Assembly (NCBI GenBank): GCA_012744445.1
Contig: JAAYBZ010000169.1
Span: forward strand, 24,946 to 88,945
Length of the DNA: 64,000 bases
Direction of reading: 5' to 3'
From: Myxococcales bacterium
Lineage (GTDB): Bacteria > Myxococcota_A > Polyangia > Polyangiales > Houyiibacteriaceae
In this document: piece by piece, positions 41,584 to 49,089 of the stretch
Layout: each line of letters begins with the position of its first letter
Position numbering within the stretch: position 1 is the stretch's first letter
Made by a program: the position numbers and the translations under genes
The notes under the pieces: generated by a model
Database searches by the model: none
The model's input: the letters and a program-made list of their open reading frames with translations, nothing else
Told to the model about the DNA's origin: nothing

Positions 41584-42717
41584 ATGGCAAAGCGCTGGCG
41601 CCTCGAAGTCTCGTCGATCGATCCTGGCGGCCCCCGACGCACCGTCGACGTGGTCGCTCCCAACTGGATGGCCGCCATCAAAGAAGGCCGCGCCATGCTC
41701 GGCGAGGTCGCCGAGATCCCGAAGGGCGCGAGCTGTCAGGTCGCCCCCGGCGGCCGCGTCTCCGTCCTCGCCCCGGCCGAACGGCGTAGCTACCAGCTCG
41801 TCCCCATCGTCGGCGACGCGCCGATCATGCCCTCGAGCCCTGGCGTCGTCGTGGCGCCGAGCACCAGCCAGCCGCCGCCCGCCGATCTCATCCCGCTCCG
41901 CGCCCGCGACACCGAGCCGACCGAGGACGCGCCCATCTACTACCACGAGCGCATCTACGCCGCGGCCCCGGGCATGCCGCTCGAACAAATCGAAAAGCTC
42001 GCGCGCGCCAAGCTCGACGATCTCCGCAAGAGCATGGCGGGCGGACCGCGCGGTCAATTCCACAACCTCGCCGTCTACGACCACGAGTGGAAGGACAAGC
42101 CCGAGCGCCCCGCGCTCCTCGTCCTCCAGTGGAAGGATTGGCGCGACGAGGTGATCGCCTCCTGGCCCCTCGCCGACTCGGCGGCGCACGGCATCCAGAT
42201 CGACTTCGACCCCACCTCCGACGCCGACCACGACGAGCGCCTCTCCGAGGCCTTCGAAGCCTGTGAGGACCTCTTCTTCATCGACGACGCCCGCGCCGGC
42301 CTCGAGTACGCCACGCACCTCCTCGACGAGCTCGTCCCGAGCGAGCTGGTGATCGGGGCGCTCTTCGTTCGCGGCGGGAAGCTCGTCGTCGAAGCGGCCG
42401 TCGGCTCGCCCGAGCTCCTCGGCAGCGCGCTCCCGCTCAACCAGGGCCTCCTCGCCGTGGCGCTCACCCAGCCCGAGAGCGTCTCCAAGTTCGACCAGGC
42501 GCACGCCGATCCCAACTTCGATCCCGACGCCGACGGCGGGAGCGAGCACCGCCCCGAGGGCATGCTCTATCTCCCGCTCGTCGCCAACGGGACGATCTTC
42601 GGCCTCCTCCGCGCGACCAACCGCGACCCCGGTCCGCGCTACGGCGCGCGCGACGTGGAGATCGCCGAGCTCATTCGGAAGCAGACGGCGGCGTTCCTCG
42701 CCGCGCGCTGCGCCTGA
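41584..42717 (+). CDS. hypothetical protein with C-terminal GAF-like domain
   Basis: 377 aa. The C-terminal ~150 aa (GLEYATHLLDELVPSELVIGALFVRGGKLVV..MLYLPLVANGTIFGLLRATNRD) have a GAF-like pattern. The N-terminal ~70-aa and central domains are unassigned. Confidence 0.5.
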   Translation: MAKRWRLEVSSIDPGGPRRTVDVVAPNWMAAIKEGRAMLGEVAEIPKGASCQVAPGGRVSVLAPAERRSYQLVPIVGDAPIMPSSPGVVVAPSTSQPPPADLIPLRARDTEPTEDAPIYYHERIYAAAPGMPLEQIEKLARAKLDDLRKSMAGGPRGQFHNLAVYDHEWKDKPERPALLVLQWKDWRDEVIASWPLADSAAHGIQIDFDPTSDADHDERLSEAFEACEDLFFIDDARAGLEYATHLLDELVPSELVIGALFVRGGKLVVEAAVGSPELLGSALPLNQGLLAVALTQPESVSKFDQAHADPNFDPDADGGSEHRPEGMLYLPLVANGTIFGLLRATNRDPGPRYGARDVEIAELIRKQTAAFLAARCA

Positions 42718-43201
42718 GCTCGCGGAGGATGGCCGCTTCGAAGAGGGCTTCGTCCTTGGCCTCGAAGCCGGCGTGCGCGTAGCGGACGACGCCCTCGCGA
42801 TCGATCACGAACGACGAAGGCATCCGCGAGAGATCGTAGAGCGCAGGCACGCGTTGGTCGGGATCGAAGCCGATGGGGAAGCGAAGCCCGAGCCGCTCCG
42901 CCATGTCCCGCGCCTTGCCGCGGGTCCGCGCGTTGTCGACGTTGATGGCGAAGACGACGAAGCCCTCTCCCTCGAAGCGCTCGTAGAGCGCCTGGAGCCG
43001 CGGCAGCTCGGCCTGGCAGGGCTTGCACCACGTCGCCCAGAAGTTGAGGAGGACGACCTTGCCGCGGAACTGCTCGAGGCGGAGCTTCTCACCGTCCTTC
43101 CCTTCGACGGCGAAGGTGGGCGCGGGTCGCCCGGGCGCCACGGCGAGGACCGTCGCCGGGATCGCGAGCGCGACGAGCAACGCCCACGCCGATCGGCTCA
43201 C
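42671..43201 (-). CDS. TlpA/ResA-like periplasmic thiol:disulfide oxidoreductase
   Basis: Signal or anchor (WALLVALAIPATVLAVA) and a thioredoxin fold with VVLLNFWATWCKPCQAELPRL. The 3' end overlaps the convergent GAF gene by 47 nt. Confidence 0.85.
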   Translation of the reverse strand: MSRSAWALLVALAIPATVLAVAPGRPAPTFAVEGKDGEKLRLEQFRGKVVLLNFWATWCKPCQAELPRLQALYERFEGEGFVVFAINVDNARTRGKARDMAERLGLRFPIGFDPDQRVPALYDLSRMPSSFVIDREGVVRYAHAGFEAKDEALFEAAILRELRRSARRGTPPSASE

Positions 43202-44079
43202 CCCTCGAGCTCCTCGTTCACGTAGACGACCAGATCCTCGATGGGCCCCGAGTAGTCGCGCCCGTTCACGAAGATCGCGGGCGTGCCCTGGACGCCCGCC
43301 TCGATGCCCTCCCGCCTGTCCTCGGTCACGCGGGCTTTGACGGCCTCGGACTCGAAGTCTTCACGGAAGCGCTGGAGATCGAGGCCGAGCTCACGCGCGA
43401 AGCGCTCGAAGGAGGCCTCGTCGAGCCGGTGCTGATTCTCGAAGATGAGGTCGTGGTACTCCCAGAACTTCCCCTGGTTCTGCGCCGCGATGGAAGCGCG
43501 CGCGGCCAGCTCGGCGAGCGGATGCTGCGGGAGCGGGAAGTGCTTGAAGACGAGCTTGGCGTTGCCGCCGAGGTCGCGGATCACCTTGGTGAGCTCGGGC
43601 GCGGCCTTACGGCACGACGGGCACTGGAAGTCGCTGAACTCGACGATGGTGACGGGCGCCATGATCGCCCCCTTGATGGGCGCGCCCGCGACGTCGAAGT
43701 CGGCCTTGGTGTTCTTGTCGAAGCGGAGGAGGTAGAAGGCCCGGAGGTCCTGCCGCGAGTAACCCTGCCCCGCGAGGCGCGCGAGGTAGCGCGCGGCCGG
43801 CACGCAGGCGCGGCATCCCGTGTCCTCGGCCACGCAGCGCGCGAGCGTGATGGGCTCGTCGCACGGCGAGAGGACGTCGTTCGCCACCTCGAAGAAGGCC
43901 TCGCGCGCGCTCTCGCCGAGCCCCTCCGTCTCGACGTGCGGGATCGCTTCGATCCTCGGCTTTGGCTTCGAGAGCGAGACCTTCTCGGTCTTCGGCGCCG
44001 ACTCGTCCTCCGCGGAGGAGCCTTGGCAGGCCGAAAGCGAAAGAAGGAGGGCGACCCGGAATGCGCAGCGCAGGTTCAT
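43198..44079 (-). CDS. DsbA-family thioredoxin-domain lipoprotein
   Basis: Lipobox LLLSLSACQG, a Cys-rich N-domain (CDEPITLARCVAEDTGCRACV), and a DsbA-type VEFSDFQCPSCRKAAPEL with a C-terminal GTPAIFVNG. Overlaps the tlpA-like gene by 4 nt. Confidence 0.85.
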   Translation of the reverse strand: MNLRCAFRVALLLSLSACQGSSAEDESAPKTEKVSLSKPKPRIEAIPHVETEGLGESAREAFFEVANDVLSPCDEPITLARCVAEDTGCRACVPAARYLARLAGQGYSRQDLRAFYLLRFDKNTKADFDVAGAPIKGAIMAPVTIVEFSDFQCPSCRKAAPELTKVIRDLGGNAKLVFKHFPLPQHPLAELAARASIAAQNQGKFWEYHDLIFENQHRLDEASFERFARELGLDLQRFREDFESEAVKARVTEDRREGIEAGVQGTPAIFVNGRDYSGPIEDLVVYVNEELEG

Positions 44080-44172
44080 GGCGCCCCAGAGTAGCAGTCC
44101 GTCCGAATTCTTGTAGACGAGAACCGCGTCCCGGCCGCATCGCGGCGGCGGCGCCGAAGCGCCGCTCCGCGC

Positions 44173-44427
44173 TCAGGACTCGGAGTAGATGCGGAGCTGC
44201 TCGAAGATCGTGTCTTCGTTCACGCCCGTGGTGATGTACTCCTTCAAGCAGTCGGCGACCGTGACCATCAGGTCCTCGACGCCGCCTTCATCGATGAGCT
44301 TCGAGAGCAGGAGCCGAGACTCGCGCGAATCTTCCTCGCGCAAGAACTTCCGCACGTCCTCGAGCGCGATCCCCCCTTGGAAATCGATGTAGGCGTTCTG
44401 AAGAAGATAGCGTGCAAGCTCTTTCAC
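44173..44427 (-). CDS. small hypothetical protein (84 aa)
   Basis: GTG 44427 is preceded by GGAGGG 9 nt upstream. Product: VKELARYLLQNAYIDFQGGIALEDVRKFLREEDSRESRLLLSKLIDEGGVEDLMVTVADCLKEYITTGVNEDTIFEQLRIYSES. It is helical and acidic, with normal GC3 codon bias and no family recognised. The rest of ORF 44173..44721 runs into the rnpB flank. Confidence 0.5.
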   Translation of the reverse strand: MKELARYLLQNAYIDFQGGIALEDVRKFLREEDSRESRLLLSKLIDEGGVEDLMVTVADCLKEYITTGVNEDTIFEQLRIYSES

Positions 44428-44618
44428 GCGGACAGCCCTCCGATCCCGCCGACGTGGCGCGACTCCGGCAATCGTCGCCGGCCCGTGCCCGTTCGTTCGA
44501 ACGGTCGCGGATCGATGCGATGCCGAAATTTCTTGTAGTCCGGTGCGGGAGCCATCCGCAAGATTTCGGACACGATTGGTCGCGCGACGTGGATGCGCCG
44601 CCTCGCGCCACGAGCGAA

Positions 44619-44651
44619 GACGCCTCCGCCGGCGGGGCCGGGGAGGCGTCT
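44619..44651 (-). terminator. hairpin immediately 3' of rnpB
   Basis: The minus strand reads GAGACGCCTCC-(13 nt)-GGAGGCGTCTT, a 10-bp GC-rich stem (44619-44628 / 44642-44651), starting 1-2 nt after the P1 3' strand. No long U-tract follows. Confidence 0.45.
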
Positions 44652-45031
44652 CGGTCGAAGGGCTCATAAGCCGAGTTCTGTCCCCGCTTCCGTCACCGGA
44701 TGGCGGGTGGCGATCATTCATCTAGGGTCTCCGTCGCCGAAGACCTCGAGCGACCTACCCGGGAGCAGGGACGGGCCATCCCATGCGCTCCCCTATTTGG
44801 TCTTGCTCCAGATGGGGTTTGCCGTGCGACCTCCGTTACCGGCGGCCCGGTGAGCTCTTACCTCACCCTTTCACCCTTACCTCGCAGACGAGCGGCGAGG
44901 CGGTCTGCTCTCTGTGGCACTTTCCTCGGGGTCACCCCCACCAGGCGTTACCTGGCATCTCGCCCTGTGGAGCTCGGACTTTCCTCCGACGGGCAAGCCC
45001 GCCGGCGATCGCCTGAGCACCTTCGACCCCA
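44650..45031 (-). ncRNA. rnpB: RNase P RNA, bacterial type A
   Basis: The reverse complement reads GGGGUCGAAGGUGCUCAGGCGAUCGCC...CGGAGGAAAGUCCGAGCUCCACAGGGCGAGAUGCCAGGUAACGCCUGG...GGUAAGGGUGAAAGGGUGAGGUAAGAGCUCACC...AGCAAGACCAAAUAGGGG...CUAGAUGAAUGAUCGCC...GGGGACAGAACUCGGCUUAUGAGCCCUUCGACC. All universally conserved CR-I to CR-V blocks are present. P1 pairs 45015-45028 with 44653-44665. Confidence 0.95.
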
Positions 45032-45034
45032 CGA

Positions 45035-45062
45035 AGCTAAGTCGTCTTCGTGGGGCTGACAA
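45035..45062 (-). promoter_or_regulatory. candidate rnpB promoter
   Basis: The minus strand reads TTGTCA (45062-45057), a 16-nt spacer, then TTAGCT (45040-45035). The predicted start site ~7 nt downstream coincides with the first P1 nucleotides (~45028). The region also forms a 10-bp hairpin CCCCACGAAG/CTTCGTGGGG (45027-45055), which could instead terminate the upstream gene. Confidence 0.45.
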
Positions 45063-45110
45063 GCGAACGTCGGAGCGTGGGGCGTGGAGGATCGATCGCG
45101 CGCCGCGATC

Positions 45111-45629
45111 TCACTCGAAGTACTGACGCAGGATCTCCATGTCCTCGACGAGGGCCTGGAGCTTGGCGAGGCCGGTGGTCTCCACCTGGCGCACGCGCTC
45201 GCGCGTGAGGTTCATGATCTCGCCGACGTCCTCGAGCGTGATCCCGCCGCGATCGGCGATGTCGAGCGCGCAGGTCTCGGCCATCTCCCAGACCTCGACG
45301 TCGGGGAAGTTCATCTTGATGGAGCCCTTCTCGGGGTTCACGTCGATGTAGAGGTGGTACTTGCACGAGACGTAGGGGCACGGCCGATCGAGGTTGATGC
45401 ACTCGGCGCGGTTCCGCGGCTTCCAGTAATCCGTCTCGGGGTAGAGCATCTGGCCGCGCTTGAGCTCGGTCTTGCTCAACCGCCGCACCGAGATCGTGCG
45501 CGCGCGCGAGCGATTGCGCTTCCGCCGCTCGGGCGACTTGAGGGGAGCCCCGTCCTCCTCGACTTCCACCGAGCGCACCGCCGCCGACAAGCTCGTCTCC
45601 GAAAGATCCTCAGCCGTATTGCCGTTCAT
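45111..45629 (-). CDS. sigma-70 region-4-like helix-turn-helix DNA-binding protein
   Basis: C-terminal [42 protein letters not shown]-type HTH (the sequence reads [41 protein letters not shown]). It is preceded by a Cys/His-containing segment [22 protein letters not shown] and a basic N-terminal tail. No sigma regions 2 or 3. Confidence 0.65.
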   Translation of the reverse strand: MNGNTAEDLSETSLSAAVRSVEVEEDGAPLKSPERRKRNRSRARTISVRRLSKTELKRGQMLYPETDYWKPRNRAECINLDRPCPYVSCKYHLYIDVNPEKGSIKMNFPDVEVWEMAETCALDIADRGGITLEDVGEIMNLTRERVRQVETTGLAKLQALVEDMEILRQYFE

Positions 45630-45673
45630 CGCTTCCTCCGATTGCCCTTCGCGCAGGCGTCGCCCCGCCTGCG

Positions 45674-46234
45674 CTAAACCACCGCTTTGGCCATCCGCGC
45701 GCGCAGCGTGAGCTGCCGCTCGAGCCCCTCGAGCTTCGCCACGAGCTCGTCGCCGGCCTCGCGCGCCTCCGCGAGCTGGCTCTCGAGCCCGCGCGTCGCG
45801 GCCTCGTCCCCGATCGCCTCTTCGAACGCCCCGTAGATGCGATCGAGCTGTCGCCGGAGCGCCTCGATGTCGCCGCGCACGAAGAGGAAGTCCTTCTGGA
45901 TCTCCTCGATGGTGAAGCCGCGGGCCATCAGGCGCCGGATGTGATCGAGCTGGCGCACCGCGCTCGCCGGGTAGAGCCCCTGGGAGCCGCGGTGCTTGCC
46001 CTTCCGGCCGACGCGCACGCTCTGCGGCAGGAGCCCGAGCTGCACGTACTTGCGGAAGGTCGCCTCCGTCAGACGAAGACCGCGCTCCACGTGCTCGGAG
46101 ACGATCTCCTGGACCGTCATCCCCTGGGGGTATCGACGCTCGATCGCCTCGATCTCGGCCTCCGTGAGCCCCGCGGCATGCGCCAGGCCCGGCCTCTCGA
46201 GGGACGTCGATTGGTTTCGCGGAATAGGAGTCAT
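45674..46234 (-). CDS. MerR-like HTH protein with C-terminal coiled coil
   Basis: From ATG 46234. MTVQEIVSEHVERGLRLTEATFRKYVQLGLLPQSVRVGRKGKHRGSQGLYPASAVRQLDHIRRLMARGFTIEEI follows a MerR-type HTH-wing pattern. A long helical tail follows, with no obvious effector Cys or His. The 14 AT-rich upstream ORF codons are judged non-coding. Confidence 0.6.
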   Translation of the reverse strand: MTPIPRNQSTSLERPGLAHAAGLTEAEIEAIERRYPQGMTVQEIVSEHVERGLRLTEATFRKYVQLGLLPQSVRVGRKGKHRGSQGLYPASAVRQLDHIRRLMARGFTIEEIQKDFLFVRGDIEALRRQLDRIYGAFEEAIGDEAATRGLESQLAEAREAGDELVAKLEGLERQLTLRARMAKAVV

Positions 46235-46251
46235 CTGACGGGATTCGTTGC

Positions 46252-46281
46252 AGTGTATTCTTTTGAATAGAATCACGTCAA
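46252..46281 (-). promoter_or_regulatory. candidate promoter of the MerR-like gene with dyad in the spacer
   Basis: The minus strand reads TTGACG (46281-46276), an 18-nt spacer, then TACACT (46257-46252). The inverted repeat ATTCT-N7-AGAAT (46257-46273) lies almost entirely within the spacer (one base overlaps the -10 hexamer). The predicted leader to ATG 46234 is only ~10 nt. Confidence 0.35.
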
Positions 46282-46544
46282 CAGAATCCGTCGACTCCGT
46301 TCGCTTTTTTGGGGACGGCGCGCTGGCCCGGACTCACCCTTGGAAATTCTTAGGTTTTTCGCTCGTACATGCGGGGCGCCGACGCCTCGAGGCCCCGATG
46401 TGAGCCGAAAAGATCCGGATCGTCAAAATCTCGGCGCGATCGTCCAAGGACTCCTCCGGGGTGCGATCGGAGCCGCGCGCCGGGGATCGCGATTGACGGT
46501 GTGCGTACGACTCGCTACCAGGAAGGGTTCGACCTGGAGGGTGA

Positions 46545-47396
46545 ATGGATCCGCGCGTCATCTCGAGGTTTCGGAGGAATCGGGGAGCGCTCGCCGGAGC
46601 CGCGCTCGTCTCGTTCGTGCTCCTGCTCGGGCTCGTCGGCCCATGGATCGCGCCGCACCCGCCCGCCAAGCAGTTCCGGACCGAGCTCCTCGAGCAGGGG
46701 CTCCCCGTCGGCCCCCTCGAGCGCGAAGGTCACCTCCTCGGGGGTGATCAACTGGGGCGGGACCAGCTCAGCCGGCTCCTCCACGGGGCGCGCCTCTCCA
46801 TCAGCATCGCGCTCCTCGCCACCGCCATCGCCGTCTTCATCGGCGTGAGCGTCGGCCTCGTCTCCGGTTACCTCGGCGGCTTCGTCGACGGCGCGCTGAT
46901 GCGGCTCGTCGACATCGTCCTCTCGTTGCCCTTCCTCCTCATCGCGATCGTCGCGCAGAAATCGCTCGACGCGTCGGGCGTCCTCTTCATCTCCACGCTC
47001 CTCGGCGTCCTCAGCTGGACGAGCCTCGCGCGGATCACGCGCGCCAAGACGATGCAGGCCCGCGCGCTCGAATACGTCGAGGCGGCGCGCGCGCTCGGCT
47101 TCCGCGGCCCGCGCATCCTCTTCCGGCACGTCCTGCCCAACGTGGCCGGCCCCGCGTTCGCCATCGGCACGCTCATGGTGGCCAACATGATCCTCGCCGA
47201 GAGCGCCCTGTCCTTCCTCGGCTTCGGCCTCCAGCCCCCGGCGGCGAGCTGGGGCTCGATGCTCAGCGAGAGCCAGACGCTGATGGAGTGGCAGCCGACG
47301 CTCACGCTCTTCCCAGCGCTCCTCATCGTCATCACGGTCTTCGGCTTCAACCTGCTCGGCGAGGGGCTCCGCGATGTCTTCGACGCACGCCTCTGA
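46545..47396 (+). CDS. peptide/nickel ABC transporter permease (DppC/OppC type)
   Basis: N-terminal oligopeptide-permease segment (RRNRGALAGAALVSFVLLLGLVGPWIAP), GTDQLGRD-like GGDQLGRDQLSRLLHG, and the EAA loop EYVEAARALGFRGPRILFRHVLPN. Confidence 0.85.
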   Translation: MDPRVISRFRRNRGALAGAALVSFVLLLGLVGPWIAPHPPAKQFRTELLEQGLPVGPLEREGHLLGGDQLGRDQLSRLLHGARLSISIALLATAIAVFIGVSVGLVSGYLGGFVDGALMRLVDIVLSLPFLLIAIVAQKSLDASGVLFISTLLGVLSWTSLARITRAKTMQARALEYVEAARALGFRGPRILFRHVLPNVAGPAFAIGTLMVANMILAESALSFLGFGLQPPAASWGSMLSESQTLMEWQPTLTLFPALLIVITVFGFNLLGEGLRDVFDARL

Positions 47397-49089
47397 TCGC
47401 ACGCGAAAGCTCGCGGGCCCGCTCGTCGTCCTGGCGCTCCTCGCGCTCGGCGGCTTCTTCGTGGCGAACCTCCCCAAGGGGCCGGACCACCCGCGCTTCG
47501 TGGGCGCGGGCAACCCGGAGCCGGTGAACGGCGGCACCTTCCAGTGGACCGTGGGATCCAACGTCCGCACGCTCGATCCGCACATCGCCTACGACAGCGT
47601 GAGCTACCAGGCCATCCGCCTCGTCTTCGACGGCCTGCTCGACTACGACCCCGACGGGAACCTCATCGCCGTCCTCGCCGAGTCGCTCCCCGAGATCTCC
47701 GCCGACGGGAAGATCTTCCGCTTCCGGCTCAAGGACGGCATCCGCTTCCACGACGGCCTCGAGCTCACGGCCGAGGAGGTCTCGTGGTCGCTCCACCGCA
47801 TGCTCTCCAAGCGCACGGGCTCGCCGGGATACGCCTTCTTCAGCGCGCTCCGCGGCGTCGCCGACTACCACGAAGGCAAGGCCGAGCGCATCGAGGGCAT
47901 CGTGGTCGAGGACAGGCTCACGATCCGCTTCGAGCTCACGCACTCGGATCAGACCTTCCTCAACGCGATGGCGACGACGTTCTCCTATCCGATCTCGCGC
48001 GCGCACTTCGAGCGCCTGGGCGGCGATCGCACGAAGATCGCGCAGCACCCCGTGGGCGCGGGCCCCTTCGCCTTCGAGGGCTGGGAGCGCGGCGTGAAGC
48101 TCTCGTTCACTCGCTTCGAGGACTACCACGCGCCCTACGCGCGCCCCGACACCATGGTGATGTGGGAGAACGTCGACGCCACCACGGCCGCGCGCCGCTT
48201 CCGCAACGGCGACATCGACGTCCTCGCCGGCGCGCCCAAGGTCCACCTCCTCTTCTTCCTCGAGTCGGAGGCGTGGAAGCCCTATTTCACCCTCGAGCCC
48301 AACGTGGCGGTCTTCGGCCTCGCCATGAATTGCGAGATGCCGCCGCTCGACGACGTGCACGTGCGGCGCGCCATCGCCGCGGCCATCGATCGCAAGACCA
48401 TCACCGACTACATGCTCGGGCTCGCGGTCCCGGCCGGCCAGCCCCTCCCGCCGCAGCTCAAGGGGCACGACGCCGAGCTCGAGACGCTCCAGACCTACGA
48501 TCCCGAGCGCGCCAAGGAGGAGCTCGCGCTCGCGGGCTACCCCAACGGCCTCCCCAAGCCCATCGAGGTATGGATCGGCGAGGGTGAAGGCCCGCGCAAC
48601 ATCGCGCAGCTCTGGCAGAGCGATCTCGAAGCCGTGGGCATCCCCGTGCGTCTCCGGCAGGTGGCCTGGGCGACCTACCTCGCCGAGACCGGCAAGGAGA
48701 AGTCGGTGCAGATGTTCTCGTCGGGCTGGAGCATGGACTTCCCCGATCCCTCGAACTTCCTCGACCCGCTCTTCCACAGCCGGTCGATCCACCCGCAGCA
48801 CTCCGAGAACCGCTCGTTCTACCGGAACCCCGAGCTCGATCGCCTGCTCGACGAAGGCCGCGCCGAGGTCGATCCCGAAAAGCGCGCCGCCCTCTATCAC
48901 GAGGCCAACGCGATCGTCGCGCGCGACGCCCCGTGGGCCTTCCTCTTCTATCCCGTCGACTTCGACGCCTGGCAGCCGTACGTGAAGAACTTCCGCCCTC
49001 ACGCCGTGTGGTCCGACTACCGGAGCGTCTGGCTCGATCTCCCACGCCGCCCTGCGACGCCCGAGGACTTCGAGGAGGCCCGACGATGA
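47374..49089 (+). CDS. ABC transporter substrate-binding protein, family 5 (peptide/nickel)
   Basis: 571 aa with an N-terminal TM anchor (LVVLALLALGGFFVA). SBP_bac_5 pattern (LDPHIAYDSVSYQAIRLVFDGLLDYDPDGNLIAVLAES, FRFRLKDGIRFHDG, GAGPFAFEGWE). Overlaps the upstream permease by 23 nt. Confidence 0.85.
   Translation: MSSTHASDRTRKLAGPLVVLALLALGGFFVANLPKGPDHPRFVGAGNPEPVNGGTFQWTVGSNVRTLDPHIAYDSVSYQAIRLVFDGLLDYDPDGNLIAVLAESLPEISADGKIFRFRLKDGIRFHDGLELTAEEVSWSLHRMLSKRTGSPGYAFFSALRGVADYHEGKAERIEGIVVEDRLTIRFELTHSDQTFLNAMATTFSYPISRAHFERLGGDRTKIAQHPVGAGPFAFEGWERGVKLSFTRFEDYHAPYARPDTMVMWENVDATTAARRFRNGDIDVLAGAPKVHLLFFLESEAWKPYFTLEPNVAVFGLAMNCEMPPLDDVHVRRAIAAAIDRKTITDYMLGLAVPAGQPLPPQLKGHDAELETLQTYDPERAKEELALAGYPNGLPKPIEVWIGEGEGPRNIAQLWQSDLEAVGIPVRLRQVAWATYLAETGKEKSVQMFSSGWSMDFPDPSNFLDPLFHSRSIHPQHSENRSFYRNPELDRLLDEGRAEVDPEKRAALYHEANAIVARDAPWAFLFYPVDFDAWQPYVKNFRPHAVWSDYRSVWLDLPRRPATPEDFEEARR

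Noticed and set aside
45027-45055. The 10-bp hairpin CCCCACGAAG/CTTCGTGGGG as a dedicated terminator of the sigma-region-4-like gene.
   Set aside because: It overlaps both the candidate rnpB promoter (-10 box and spacer) and the first bases of rnpB P1, and has no U-tract. I cannot tell whether it is a terminator, a promoter-occluding structure or coincidence, so it is only noted under the promoter feature.
46412-46490. Apparent periodicity of GATCG motifs (46418, 46438, 46465, 46485) upstream of the ABC operon as a methylation or regulator array.
   Set aside because: GATCG is a very common pentamer in this GC-rich sequence, including inside genes. The spacing is irregular (20/27/20). Only the palindrome and the 9-nt direct repeat are kept as observations.
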